This document shows positions 50,148 through 60,802 of a stretch of DNA of 64,000 nt, piece by piece; position 1 is the stretch's first letter; each line of letters begins with the position of its first letter. Location: the NCBI GenBank assembly GCA_963817385.1, contig CAWFOM010000014.1, forward strand, positions 17,811 through 81,810, read 5' to 3'. The notes under the pieces are model-generated. The model had not been told where the DNA came from and searched no databases. It saw nothing but the letters and a program-made list of their open reading frames with translations. The translations under genes were made by a program, and so were the position numbers. This DNA is from an uncultured delta proteobacterium. Its GTDB lineage: Bacteria > Desulfobacterota > Syntrophia > Syntrophales > UBA5619.

Positions 50148-52442
50148 TTGATCCGAAGATATCTCCTTCTAGCTCTCGCAGCGGCCCTGCTGCTCCACAT
50201 CGGCTACCTGTACTACAAGGTAGGTCGGGGAGTTGCCGGGGACGCCTGGGAAGCCCCCTCCATCCTCTACGGCCGCCCCACGGAGATCCGTAAGGGGGAC
50301 CACCTCGGGAACCTCCGCTTTGCCGAGCGACTGCAGAGACTCTCCTACAGGAAAGTCGTGGGAAAGCCATCCACAGCCGGGACGTTCTCCGAAGAGCCGG
50401 CGAAGATCCGGATATTCCCCCGCGACAATGGAATCGAAAAACCCTCCCACGAGAGCGGCCCGGTGGACATCGTGGTTCGCGACGGGCGGGTCGTGTCGCT
50501 GGTCTCCTCGGCCGGTGTGCAGTTGGACTCGATCCGCCTGGAACCGGAGGAGATCGGCCGCATCATGGGTCCGAAGATGGAGTCCCGGCGCCCGGTTCCC
50601 CTCTCCGCCATTTCTCCGTTCCTGCAGAATGCGGTGATCGCGTCCGAAGACGCGCGCTTTTATTCCCATATCGGGATCGACGTCCTCGCGATCGGCCGGG
50701 CATTGTTTACCAACCTCAAGGAGCAGCGGTTCGCTCAGGGCGGCTCCACCATCACGCAACAGCTCGCGAAGAACTTCTTCCTCTCCCCAAAGAAGACCCT
50801 CGGGCGCAAACTACGCGAGGCGGAACTCGCGCTCATTCTTGAGTTGCGGTACTCGAAAAAACAGATCCTTGAGATGTACCTGAACAAGATTTACTTCGGG
50901 CAGGAGGGCTCCCGGGGGATCTACGGCATCGAAGAGGCGGCGGAATTCTATTTCTCGAAGCAGGCGAAAGATATTTCCCTTGAGGAGTCGGCGCTGCTCG
51001 CCGGGATCATCCGCTCCCCGAACCGGTACTCCCTCTTCAAGGACCCCAAGGCGGCGAAGGAGCGGCGCAACGCAGTTCTGGCGCGGATGCGCCGGCTTGA
51101 GATGATCCGGGAGGATGAGTTCCACAGGGCCTCAAACGCGCCGGTGCGGATCCGGCCACGGAGCGCCCCCGCCCACCAGGCATCGTACTTCGTGGACTAC
51201 ATACAGCGGATCACCGCGGAAGAACTGGGAAGCGAGAAACTCTACCGCACGGGGTACCGCTACTACACCACCCTCGACCCCACACACCAAGCCGCCGCCC
51301 AGGAGGCAGTCACCCGGGGGCTCGAGGAAATCGAGAAAACGGCTCTCCCTGCCGGCGAACCGCTGCAGGCTGCGCTGGTCGCCGTGGATCCGGCAACCGG
51401 GGCGATGACCGCCATGGTCGGCGGGCGGGACTACGGGCAAACCCAGTTCAACCGGGCGACGGACGCGAAACGTCAGCCGGGGAGCGCTTTCAAGCCTTTC
51501 GTCCTCCTCACGGCGCTTTCGCTGTCGGCGCAGGGCAAGGGAGATAAGACGCTCTCTACGATTGTGTCCGGCGAGCCGGTGTCAATCCCTACCCCGGAGG
51601 GGATGTGGACTCCGTCGAATTTCGAAAGAAAGACATACGGAAAGATCACGATTCGGAAGACAATCGAGGATTCTGTAAACACCGCCACCGTCCGGCTGGC
51701 AAACGACGTCGGGCTGAAGGAAGTGCTCAAAACCGCGCGTGCGGCGGGTATCACAAGCCCACTCTCACCCGTCCCATCGATGGCGCTGGGGAGCTTCGAA
51801 GTCACGCCGGTGGAGCTCGCCTATGCATACACGACGATCGCCTCAGGGGGTATCCGTTTCGACCCGTTTCCCCTCTTCTCGGTGACCACGGCGGACGGAG
51901 ATATCCTCACGGCGAAGAAGGTTCACCGGGAACGGGCGCTCGACCCGCGAGCGGCATACCTTACCGGGTATGCGATGGAGGGGGTGCTGGAGCGCGGTAC
52001 GGCAAAATCGGCAAAGACGCTGGGGATTTACTTCCCGGCATCGGGGAAGACCGGAACGACGGACGGCAACCGGGACTCCTGGTTCGTGGGGTACACCCCC
52101 GACGTGGTCTGCGCCGTGTGGGTAGGGTACGACTCCGGCGCAGATACGGGACTGACCGGAGCGCGCGGAGCGCTCCACATCTGGGCGCGGTTCCTGCGAG
52201 CCCTCTACCCCCAATCCGGTCCGCCGGCCCTGACCCGGCCGGAGGGAGTGGAGACCGCTGTGATCGATCCCGAGTCCGGGTACCTTGCCACCGCCTCATG
52301 CCCTCAAACGCTGCGGGAGGCTTACCTCACGGGGACGGCGCCGAAGGAAACGTGCCCTCACCATCCCGTGAACCCCGTCGTGGATACCCTCCGCAAGGGA
52401 ATGCGCAGCGTCGGGGACTTCTTCCGCAACCTGTTCAAGTAG
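50148..52442 (+). CDS. mrcB: Bifunctional penicillin-binding protein, PBP1B type
   Basis: TM anchor, UB2H-like segment, EDARFYSH, GGSTITQQL, RKLRE, YLNKIYFG; transpeptidase SAFK, SVN, KTG. Confidence 0.9.
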   Translation: MIRRYLLLALAAALLLHIGYLYYKVGRGVAGDAWEAPSILYGRPTEIRKGDHLGNLRFAERLQRLSYRKVVGKPSTAGTFSEEPAKIRIFPRDNGIEKPSHESGPVDIVVRDGRVVSLVSSAGVQLDSIRLEPEEIGRIMGPKMESRRPVPLSAISPFLQNAVIASEDARFYSHIGIDVLAIGRALFTNLKEQRFAQGGSTITQQLAKNFFLSPKKTLGRKLREAELALILELRYSKKQILEMYLNKIYFGQEGSRGIYGIEEAAEFYFSKQAKDISLEESALLAGIIRSPNRYSLFKDPKAAKERRNAVLARMRRLEMIREDEFHRASNAPVRIRPRSAPAHQASYFVDYIQRITAEELGSEKLYRTGYRYYTTLDPTHQAAAQEAVTRGLEEIEKTALPAGEPLQAALVAVDPATGAMTAMVGGRDYGQTQFNRATDAKRQPGSAFKPFVLLTALSLSAQGKGDKTLSTIVSGEPVSIPTPEGMWTPSNFERKTYGKITIRKTIEDSVNTATVRLANDVGLKEVLKTARAAGITSPLSPVPSMALGSFEVTPVELAYAYTTIASGGIRFDPFPLFSVTTADGDILTAKKVHRERALDPRAAYLTGYAMEGVLERGTAKSAKTLGIYFPASGKTGTTDGNRDSWFVGYTPDVVCAVWVGYDSGADTGLTGARGALHIWARFLRALYPQSGPPALTRPEGVETAVIDPESGYLATASCPQTLREAYLTGTAPKETCPHHPVNPVVDTLRKGMRSVGDFFRNLFK

Positions 52443-52652
52443 ACGGTTGGGTGTGTGCCGAATGAACTGTGCAAATGCTTGACGGCTTATTTCCCGTTCG
52501 TGTAAAATGTAATCGTTCTTCGTGAAATGTTTTCTTGTTTGAGTGATTCCATACATGCTTTTCATTGTAAATCAATTGAATGTGTATGGATGCCGCTTTC
52601 CCTCAACATGTCGGCGCTGTTTGTTTATATGAGCTCTATCGAGGAGGTTGCC

Positions 52653-53036
52653 TTGAAGTTTATGCTGCTTCTTTTCGTTCTTGCACAAAAGCTGAAAGCT
52701 GCCGCGAAAAAGAACACCGCCTACAGAAAGCATCTGGGCATCATGCAGATCAGGGTCCTCATTAAAACGGCCGACGGCAAAAGGGGACGTCTCTTTATCT
52801 TCGACAAGGGCACGTTCTCTTCAGTGATCGGCACACATCATCAATGCGATGTCGCGCTCATCTGGGCCGACGCGGGGACGGCGTTCAGGGTGATGACCTC
52901 AAAAACCGGGGATGCCGACACATTCAAGGCAGCCGCCGAAGGAAAAGTGCGCGTTGAAGGCATGGTCCCCTATCTTCAGTGGTTTACCGACGGCGTGAAG
53001 CTGGTGGTGGGAAAGGAGGTTTCTCATGGCGATTAA
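52653..53036 (+). CDS. Small SCP2/sterol-carrier-like hypothetical protein
   Basis: TTG after GAGGAGG; D-V-x-L-x-W...A..EGKVRVEG pattern resembles the SCP2 fold; overlaps the next start. Confidence 0.6.
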   Translation: MKFMLLLFVLAQKLKAAAKKNTAYRKHLGIMQIRVLIKTADGKRGRLFIFDKGTFSSVIGTHHQCDVALIWADAGTAFRVMTSKTGDADTFKAAAEGKVRVEGMVPYLQWFTDGVKLVVGKEVSHGD

Positions 53037-54693
53037 AGGCGGTCATCTTGTCGCACGGTATCTGAAGGAGGTCGAAGGCATTGAAACGGTGTTCGCCCTC
53101 TCCGGCGGGCACATTGAGGCGATACTTGACGGGTTCACGCGGTACCGCATCCGCGCCATCGATGTGCGTCACGAGCAGGCGGCGGCGATGGCGGCCCATG
53201 CGTGGTCGGTCTATGCGGGGCAGACGGGCGTGTGTCTGGTAACCGCCGGTCCCGGCTTCACCAACGCGCTCACCGGAATTGCCAACGCGCATCTCGACAA
53301 CGCCCCGCTGGTGGTGCTGTGCGGGAAACACCCCCTTAAGGAGGACCTCAGGGGCGCCCTCCAGGAGATGAACCAGATCGACATGGTAAAGCCCATTACG
53401 AAATGGGCCGCCACCTGTTACGAGACGAAGCGCATACCCGAATATCTTTCCATGGCGTTCCGGTACGCAACCATGGGCAGACCGGGGCCCGTGTTCCTCG
53501 AACTCCCACCCGATATTCTGAACATCAGCATCCCCGAGGAGGAGGCGCCGCTGCCGAATCATCCCACGCGGAAATACACGGTACACCCCGACGATGCCGA
53601 CCTGAAACAGGCGGCCGATCTCATCAACAGCGCCAAACAGCCGCTGTTCCTCGGGGGAAGCGGCGTGGGATACAGCTGCTGCGGCGACGCGCTCGGACGG
53701 TTCGTTGAGAAGACGGGAATCCCCTTCATCCTGATGAATTATGGAAGGGGGGAGCTTCCCGACAACCACCCGCAGTCCATCTGGGATGTCGGCAGCATAG
53801 GGATGATGGCGACGCTGGCGCAGGCCGACCTGATCGTCATCGCGGGCCTGCGCCTCAACTGGGTGCTGCAGTCGGGGGCCGCAATCCCGCCCTCGGCAAA
53901 GGTCGTAAGGATCGACATCGACCCGCACGAGGTAGACCGCAACCGGCAGGCCGACGCAGGGCTCGTGGGGGACATGAGCTCGGTGCTGAACCAGCTCCTT
54001 CCCCATGTGCAGAAAAACGATCACAGCACCTGGCTTAAAATGCTGCGCGCCGCGTCGGCCGCGTTCATCGATTCCGAGCTGAAGGCGCGGGAGACGCCGT
54101 CCGATCCTATCCATCCCATACGCCTGGCCGCCCAGATACAGAAGGTCGTCGGCGATGACGCGTACTATGTGACTGACGGCGGCGATACGGTTTATTTCGG
54201 ACTCGTGCATTTCACCTCGCGATTGAAGGCCGGCGTGGTGGGAACCGCCGCAGGCCTCCTCGGGTGCCTGGGCACCGGCATTCCCTTTGCCATGGCCGCG
54301 AAGCTCGCCCACCCCGACAAGACGGTGATCCTGCTCAACGGCGACGGCTCCTTCGGGTTCAACGCCATGGAGTTCGACACCATGCTCCGCCACAACATCC
54401 CCGTAGTCTGCATCATCAACAACGACTGCGCATGGGGCATGGTGAAGCACGGGCAGGAGCTGTCGATCGGCAAGGACAGGCTCCGGTGCACGGAGCTGGA
54501 CCTTCGGCGTTACGATAAAATGGTGGAGGGGCTCGGGGGCCATGGCGAGTTCGTCACGAAGGACGAGGAGATTATCCCCGCCGTGAAACGGGCGCTGGAA
54601 TCCGGAAAGCCGGCCTGCGTCAACGTGATGACCGATCCCACCGCGATGAGCCCGGCGTCGGTGATCTTCTATCAGGCGCTCAAGATGGAGTAA
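53026..54693 (+). CDS. Thiamine-diphosphate enzyme (acetolactate synthase / 2-hydroxyacyl-CoA lyase family)
   Basis: RHEQAA, TAGPG, GRPGPV, GDGSFG...NN ThDP motif. Confidence 0.92.
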   Translation: MAIKGGHLVARYLKEVEGIETVFALSGGHIEAILDGFTRYRIRAIDVRHEQAAAMAAHAWSVYAGQTGVCLVTAGPGFTNALTGIANAHLDNAPLVVLCGKHPLKEDLRGALQEMNQIDMVKPITKWAATCYETKRIPEYLSMAFRYATMGRPGPVFLELPPDILNISIPEEEAPLPNHPTRKYTVHPDDADLKQAADLINSAKQPLFLGGSGVGYSCCGDALGRFVEKTGIPFILMNYGRGELPDNHPQSIWDVGSIGMMATLAQADLIVIAGLRLNWVLQSGAAIPPSAKVVRIDIDPHEVDRNRQADAGLVGDMSSVLNQLLPHVQKNDHSTWLKMLRAASAAFIDSELKARETPSDPIHPIRLAAQIQKVVGDDAYYVTDGGDTVYFGLVHFTSRLKAGVVGTAAGLLGCLGTGIPFAMAAKLAHPDKTVILLNGDGSFGFNAMEFDTMLRHNIPVVCIINNDCAWGMVKHGQELSIGKDRLRCTELDLRRYDKMVEGLGGHGEFVTKDEEIIPAVKRALESGKPACVNVMTDPTAMSPASVIFYQALKME

Positions 54694-54707
54694 ACTCGGG
54701 AGGTTCC

Positions 54708-55925
54708 ATGAACGCACTGCAATTTTCCGCATCGGCGGCGAAATTCCTTGTTCTCAAACCCCTGGGCGCGCTCTTCCCGTCCCTGTTCTACAAGGGGCCG
54801 CTGGCGACGGTTAAATTTGTCGATATCCCGGAACCAGTCCTGCCGGGGCCTGACTGGGTGAAGCTCCGGACGCTGATGTGCGGGTTCTGCGGCTCCGATC
54901 AGAGTCTGATTTTTCTCAAGGACTCCCCCACCGCCTCGCCTTTTACCTCCTTTCCCTGCGTGCTCGGCCATGAGTTGTGCGGGGAGATCGTCGAGGTTGG
55001 CAAGGGGGTGACGGATCGCAGTGTCGGGGATCGTGTCACGATTTCGCCCGGCCTGAAGTGCACGGCCCGGGGGATCGATCCGGCCTGTCCGAGCTGTCGG
55101 GCCGGCCGGCCCGGCAGTTGTGAAAACACGGCCAAGGGTCGCCTGGCCCCGGGGATGTTCACGGGGATCTGCAAGGACGTGGGCGGCGGGTTTGCCCCGT
55201 ACCTTGTGGCTCACGAAAGTCAGATCTACAAGCTGCCGGCCGGAATGTCTACGGAAACGGCGTCCATGATGGAACCGCTGGGCGTGACGCTTCAGGCCGT
55301 CATGGATAACCGGCCGGCGGCCGATGACCAGGTGCTCGTCATCGGCGGCGGGGTCATCGGCAATCTGATCGTTCAGTCGATCCGGGCGCTCGATATTCCC
55401 TGTTCCATTACCGTCGCCGAGCCCTCGCGGTTTCATGCGGAGCTGGCGGCCAAGGCCGGCGCCGACCATGTCGTGACGGACGGCGATATCCCCGGCGCCG
55501 CCCGGAAGGTTACCGGCGCCGAATCCTACAAGCCGCTCCTGGGGAAAAGCATTCTGATGGGCGGTTTTACGAAGATCTTCGATTGCGTCGGACATACGGA
55601 CACGCTGCGAGCGGCGATGCGGGCCATGGCCGGAGGTGGAACACTGAGCGTCGTGGGCATCGGGGACGAGGTCAAACTGGATCTGACGCCGCTGTGGCTG
55701 AAGCTCCAGACGATTAAGGGGGTCTATGTGCACGGCGTCAATCTCGTAGACGGACGGCGCGAACATGTCTTCGAGACGGCCATTCGCTTTGCCGCTGCGG
55801 GCCGGGTGCGCCTCCACGAGATGGTAACGCACACATTTCCGCTCACGCGGTATCAGGAGATGATCGAAGTCAACATGCGCAAATCAGCGAACCGGGCCGT
55901 CAAGACGGCCGTGTCGTTCACCTGA
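54708..55925 (+). CDS. Zinc-binding (MDR) dehydrogenase
   Basis: CGFCGSD, LGHELCG, structural-Zn Cys cluster, IGGGVIG. Confidence 0.9.
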   Translation: MNALQFSASAAKFLVLKPLGALFPSLFYKGPLATVKFVDIPEPVLPGPDWVKLRTLMCGFCGSDQSLIFLKDSPTASPFTSFPCVLGHELCGEIVEVGKGVTDRSVGDRVTISPGLKCTARGIDPACPSCRAGRPGSCENTAKGRLAPGMFTGICKDVGGGFAPYLVAHESQIYKLPAGMSTETASMMEPLGVTLQAVMDNRPAADDQVLVIGGGVIGNLIVQSIRALDIPCSITVAEPSRFHAELAAKAGADHVVTDGDIPGAARKVTGAESYKPLLGKSILMGGFTKIFDCVGHTDTLRAAMRAMAGGGTLSVVGIGDEVKLDLTPLWLKLQTIKGVYVHGVNLVDGRREHVFETAIRFAAAGRVRLHEMVTHTFPLTRYQEMIEVNMRKSANRAVKTAVSFT

Positions 55926-55969
55926 CAATCTCTTCCGACACCACTCTCGAACGGGAAAGGAAATCACCG

Positions 55970-56765
55970 ATGAAAGGAGTTACTTGTTATCAGCTCTGTG
56001 ACTGCCGCCGTGCTTTTTTCGACTTCGGTCTTTGCCGACTGCATCGACGGTATCCGCAAAGAAACACCCCGGGAGGCCGCCTTTTTCCAGAATGTGCAGG
56101 AGAAGCTCAAGGGCTCGCTCCCGACAGCTCCTCCCGGCTGGACGGTAACACCACAGCGCGACCAGACCCTCGGGGGGCTGTGCACGGGAACATCGGAAGG
56201 CGGCTTTTCGGTGAGGGTTGGGGCGAAGTATACATACCGTTTTCCCAAGGAAGAGGCCGACCGAATGTATGCCGAGGGCCGCAAGGTGCAGGGAGAAATC
56301 GATGCCCTCGAAAAACTTCCGCCTGAGGCGGCCAAGGAGCGCCAGGGGTGGATGGACAAATACAGCGAGGCCACGCGTGCCGCGCACCAGGCCGATAAGG
56401 ACGGCAACAAGGAGTTGGCGAAACAGAAATACGCCGAGCGTGACGGCTATGGCAAGAAGGCCGATGAGGTTCGGGCGAACTATTTGGCCACTGTCAAACC
56501 TCAAATTAATTCGTTGCGGGCAAAGATGGAAGCGCTGAACTATGCACCGCAGGATGTGTGGGTGCAGATCTCCGTCAATGAGATATATCCCGAAAAGCTC
56601 GATCGCTCGCAAGCGTCCGAGATCGTTGTCGGCGAGGTGCCGGTAAAAGGCTCGCCCGGCCTCAAAGTGCGCGGCCTGCGCATGGTTTTGAAGGGCCCTG
56701 CGGCGAAGCGCGAGGAACTCAGGTCGGCAGTGGAAAAGGCGAAGCTGGAGCGCCTGCTCCAGTAG
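55970..56765 (+). CDS. Exported hypothetical protein (+1 frameshift in codons 2-3)
   Basis: Removing one base from ATGAAAGGAG gives MKELLVISSVTAAVLFSTSVFA, a signal peptide fused to ORF 55998..56765. Confidence 0.7.
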
Positions 56766-56819
56766 AGACGATCTGCATCGTCACCGGATAAAGGCATCGA
56801 CTCTCGATCCGAGGTTCTT

Positions 56820-57707
56820 TCAAAGACCCGCCAGATCGTTATAAAAGGCGATAATGGCTGAATTGTCCCATTCTCCCCGGCCTTTGGCCACTTCCGCGGT
56901 AAGGGCCTGGGCGTGCAGGCTGCTGAGAATAAGGGGGACGTGGAGCCGCTGGCCAAAATCGAGCATCAGCCGCACGTCCTTCAGATGAAATGCCAATTTC
57001 CCTTCCGGGGGGAGAAAATCCTTTTCGATCATCTTCAGACCCTTCATGTCCATCGCCTTGGAATAGGCCGCGGACTTTTTGAGCAGATCCAACGTCCGAT
57101 GAGGGTCCATCCCCGCCTTCTCGGCCAGGCAGAGCCCCTCGGCCAGCACCATGCGATTGAGCCCGAGCACCAGATTGACGATCAATTTGGCCGAAGCCCC
57201 GCTTCCGTTCTTCCCCAGGTAAAAGATCTCTTTGCCCAGGACGGAAAGGAGAGGTTCAGACGCCTTGAATGCATCTTCATTACCGCCGACCATGAAAGTC
57301 ACATCCTTCTCGGCGCACATTTTACTCGTTCCGCTGATGGTCGCATCCAGCATGTCGATCCCCTTGGCCCTCAGCCGGGCGGCCAGCTCCGCGGACATCA
57401 CCGGGTCGGCGGTAGTCGTATCGATCAGGATCAACCCTTCCCTTCCGGTCTCGAACAGTTTGAGGGAATCCCCGACGACATCGTTCACCACCGAGGAATT
57501 CGGCAGCGACAGGATGATCGCATCCGCCTCCGGCGGGATATCCTCGGGGGAAGCGGCTTTCCGACCGCCCTTGCCGACAAAGGCATCAACGCGGCCCTTA
57601 TCGACATCGTATCCGATCACCGGATATCCGGCCGCGAGCAAATTCCCGGCCATTCCGCTTCCCATGAGGCCCAGACCGACGAACCCGATTCTTTTCTTCA
57701 TCATCAT
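56820..57707 (-). CDS. NAD(P)-dependent beta-hydroxyacid dehydrogenase (3-hydroxyisobutyrate/tartronate semialdehyde reductase family)
   Basis: IGFVGLGLMG, DATISG, AKLIVN, FHLKD. Confidence 0.92.
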   Translation of the reverse strand: MMMKKRIGFVGLGLMGSGMAGNLLAAGYPVIGYDVDKGRVDAFVGKGGRKAASPEDIPPEADAIILSLPNSSVVNDVVGDSLKLFETGREGLILIDTTTADPVMSAELAARLRAKGIDMLDATISGTSKMCAEKDVTFMVGGNEDAFKASEPLLSVLGKEIFYLGKNGSGASAKLIVNLVLGLNRMVLAEGLCLAEKAGMDPHRTLDLLKKSAAYSKAMDMKGLKMIEKDFLPPEGKLAFHLKDVRLMLDFGQRLHVPLILSSLHAQALTAEVAKGRGEWDNSAIIAFYNDLAGL

Positions 57708-57962
57708 CCCCTAATCCATATCCCGTTGTCAAAATGCATGCCCGGAAACCCCTTTTCCGGTCCGGCGAATGTAAGGAAAAGAACGATGAGTGTCAAGAAA
57801 AATGACCGAGAAATAGATAGGGCTCTTCACGATGGGTGTGATACGATGATTCGCGTGTCTTGAAAATTGACAAACCGGAGGCTGCTGGTATAAAAGGAAC
57901 GTTCCAAGAGCGGCGGCAAACGGAAGTTTGGAAGTTCGATGGCACGGAATGAAAGGGAGGAG

Positions 57963-58955
57963 ATGATCATGAAGCGTATACTGAGCATGGCAGTTATCAT
58001 CAGCGCGATCGTTTTGGGTATGGCCCCCGTCCTTTTTGCAGCGGCCGAATATCCGACGAAACCCATTACTCTGGTGAACCCGATGGCGCCCGGGGGAACT
58101 CTGGATGTTCAAGCACGGGCGTTTGCATCGGTGGCCGAAAAATACCTGGGACAGCCTGTTACGGTCGTCAACAAAGCAGGCGCCACCGGAATGGTCGGGG
58201 GAGCGGCGGTGGCTCAGGCGACACCGGATGGATATACCTTACTCGTGGGTTCCGTGAATATCACGAATGCGGTCGAATGGGAGATTGCCAACGGCCGTAA
58301 ACCTCCCTTCACCCGAAACGATTTTGCATCCATCGGCTCGTTCACGATGAGCCCGACGCTGCTCATCGTACCCGCTGATTCGCCGTATAAAACCTTGGCT
58401 GACTTTGTCGCTGACGCAAAGACCAAACCGGGCCAGATGGCCTTCTGCTCCGGCGGTCTTTACGGAATGAGCCACCTGCCGATCGAAATTTTTGCAAAGG
58501 CAGCCGGGCTGAAGTTTCGCCATGTTCCGTTTACGGGAGGAGGGCCGTGTCTCGCTTCCGTCGTAGGAAAACATGTCGATTTCGCAGCCCAATATCCGCC
58601 CACAACACTCCCTCTCGTACAAGGGAATAAATTAAAAGTCCTGGCGGTGGTGGGCGGCAAGAAACTCAAATCCGTGCCCGATATCCCGACAGTCAAAGAG
58701 TTCGGTATCGATGCGGAATATTATGGATGGGTAGGGATCATGGCGCCAAAAAACACCCCTGCCCCGATTGTGGAAAAACTCCGGGACGTGACGAAGAAAG
58801 TAGCGCACGATAAAGCGTTCATCGACATGATCGAAAAACCGGGGGATGAAGTCTCCTACCTGGATGGCGAGGCATTGACCAAGTGGATGGACAAGGAGTC
58901 GAAGATCATCTACGCCGTAGACGTGGAACTGGCAAAGGAAGCCCAGAAAAAATAG
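57963..58955 (+). CDS. Orphan TctC/Bug substrate-binding protein
   Basis: YPTKPITLVNP.APGG..D, TPDGYTL, VPFTGGG, VPDIPT; promoter TTGACA-16-TATAAA at 57867-57894. Confidence 0.92.
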   Translation: MIMKRILSMAVIISAIVLGMAPVLFAAAEYPTKPITLVNPMAPGGTLDVQARAFASVAEKYLGQPVTVVNKAGATGMVGGAAVAQATPDGYTLLVGSVNITNAVEWEIANGRKPPFTRNDFASIGSFTMSPTLLIVPADSPYKTLADFVADAKTKPGQMAFCSGGLYGMSHLPIEIFAKAAGLKFRHVPFTGGGPCLASVVGKHVDFAAQYPPTTLPLVQGNKLKVLAVVGGKKLKSVPDIPTVKEFGIDAEYYGWVGIMAPKNTPAPIVEKLRDVTKKVAHDKAFIDMIEKPGDEVSYLDGEALTKWMDKESKIIYAVDVELAKEAQKK

Positions 58956-58972
58956 AAGCATTTTCGGTTCTC

Positions 58973-59012
58973 CCGAGCCTATCCTGCCCTGTATGGGGGA
59001 GGGTAGGCTCGG
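58973..59012. other. Strong intergenic hairpin
   Basis: CCGAGCCTATCCT...AGGGTAGGCTCGG with no T tail; possible mRNA-stabilising element after the binding-protein gene. Confidence 0.5.
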
Positions 59013-59077
59013 TACCACTCCCCTTTCTGAAGGAGTTACCCACAATCATCTCTCAATAACGCAGGAGGAAATACACA

Positions 59078-60436
59078 ATGGAGATCGCGGGGAAATTTGC
59101 AAAATTTGTCGCTCACACCGAGTTTCAGGACATCGACCAAAGTGTAATCGACCATGTAAAGAAGTTGACGCTGAAACAGGTGATGGGGATGCTGGTGGGC
59201 TCGACCGCGCCGACCAGTAAAAAGGTCATCCGGTACGTCATGGAGAATCCGGGAAGGCGGGAGTGCGGGGTCTACGGGTGCGGCTTCCGGGCTGATGTGG
59301 CCCAGAGCGCCCTCATCAACGGATTTTTCGGCCATGCATCCGAGATGGAGGACGACCAATTCCCCGGAGGGGGGATCAGCGACGTTACCACCTGGCCGGC
59401 CTTGCTGACGGCCGCGGAAAAATGCAAGCTCTCCGGCCGGGAGATAATCGTCGCCCTCTATGTCGGGCAGGAGATGCAGAACCGGATCGCCATGTGGGCC
59501 TCGGTAGGCACGGATCCCATCGGGATCTGCAACCTCCCCTTCATCGGAATCTACGGGGCCACGGCGAGCTGCGCCAGGGCGTACGAGCTGACCGAGGAGC
59601 AGATCAAGGCATCCTTCGGATTGGCCATGGTCCAGGGGCAGGGTTACATCCACACCTGGGGCACGGACGCCCATTTCTGGGAATCGGCCACGGTCTGCCG
59701 GAATGCGGTCGTGAACGCCATCCTGGCGAAAAACGGCGCGACCAGCAATCCCGTCATCGAGAAATGCCTGGACATGCTGACCGGCGGGGATAAAAAGATC
59801 GAGTTCGCCAAGATGACCGAGGGATTGGGCGCCCCGCCCTTTTATACCAACAACACCTGGATCAAGAAATGGGGCTTCTGCTTCTTTACCCACAACTTCA
59901 TCGACGTCCTGGCCGATTTGATGAAAGCGAACAAGGTGAAATACGAAGACATCGCTGAGGTGACCATCCATTTCGACGAGTTGCGGAAGGTGGTCGATCG
60001 GGCGGAACCGAAAGATGCCGAAGACAGCCGTTTCAGCACCCAGCATGTCTTGGCCTACCAGATGATCTATGGCGAGTGCAACCTGAAGACCTGCACCGAG
60101 GCGGCGGTGAAGGACCCCCGCGTCGCCGAAGCCCGGAAGAAAGTCAAGGTTGTCTATCACCCCGAGTATCCCAAGCGGTACTTCGCGGGCGAGGGCCGCC
60201 TGGACTTGATATTAAAGAACGGGAAAACGCTTACCGGAGCGATGGATCAACCTTACGGAGGGCCCAAGTATCCTCTGACGATGGAACAGGCCGTGGACAT
60301 CTATCGCAAGTATTGCCGGGGGATCCTGTCGGACGCGCAGATCGAGCGCACAAAGGATATTATCCTCAATATGGAGAACGAACCCGACCTCAAAGAGTTA
60401 TTCGACATATGCACCTTCCGGCATTTGGCAAAATAG
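59078..60436 (+). CDS. MmgE/PrpD family protein
   Basis: ALING..GHASEMEDD, SGREII.A..VG.E, IKKWGFCFFTH, RFS, PYGGPKYPL. Confidence 0.88.
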   Translation: MEIAGKFAKFVAHTEFQDIDQSVIDHVKKLTLKQVMGMLVGSTAPTSKKVIRYVMENPGRRECGVYGCGFRADVAQSALINGFFGHASEMEDDQFPGGGISDVTTWPALLTAAEKCKLSGREIIVALYVGQEMQNRIAMWASVGTDPIGICNLPFIGIYGATASCARAYELTEEQIKASFGLAMVQGQGYIHTWGTDAHFWESATVCRNAVVNAILAKNGATSNPVIEKCLDMLTGGDKKIEFAKMTEGLGAPPFYTNNTWIKKWGFCFFTHNFIDVLADLMKANKVKYEDIAEVTIHFDELRKVVDRAEPKDAEDSRFSTQHVLAYQMIYGECNLKTCTEAAVKDPRVAEARKKVKVVYHPEYPKRYFAGEGRLDLILKNGKTLTGAMDQPYGGPKYPLTMEQAVDIYRKYCRGILSDAQIERTKDIILNMENEPDLKELFDICTFRHLAK

Positions 60437-60455
60437 ATCGGAAACCCATCTCAGC

Positions 60456-60489
60456 CATCCCCTCCCCCTCGGTATCGGGGGAGGGGATG
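60456..60489 (+). terminator. GC-rich hairpin after the PrpD-like gene
   Basis: CATCCCCTCCCCC...GGGGGAGGGGATG stem; lacks a clear T tract. Confidence 0.4.
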
Positions 60490-60786
60490 CCGCAATGAAC
60501 CCGACGCGAACACCACCACAAATCGGGCTCATCCGGTTTAACGTTCTTGTTCCCGTCGCAGATTTGTTTTATCCCAATGACAGAAGAGCAGGTATAGAAT
60601 AACTGCTGCCATTCCAGCCTCCTTTAATGTTTTATCCGTTTCCCTATTATTTTCAGTTTTTTATGTAGGGAAATACCTTCATTTTCTTAATGATCTGTAT
60701 CAAAAATCCTTCGGTAAGAAAACCCAATAACTCATTACAATCTGATTTACTGCGTAAACACAGATAGGTATCTACTGATACATGCT

Positions 60787-60802
60787 TGGCATGCCCTATG
60801 CT
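60787..60802 (+). promoter_or_regulatory. Sigma-54-like promoter upstream of the giant ORF
   Basis: TGGCAT-GCCCT-ATGCT with GG-N10-GC spacing, at the end of an AT-rich tract (60540-60810). Confidence 0.55.

Noticed and set aside
24230..54732. Long antisense ORFs (24230..25891, 32920..34680, 38092..40044, 40990..42435, 52984..54732)
   Set aside because: Antisense shadows of well-supported genes (glpK, ABC binding protein, tctAB, transaldolase, ThDP enzyme) with no recognisable motifs.
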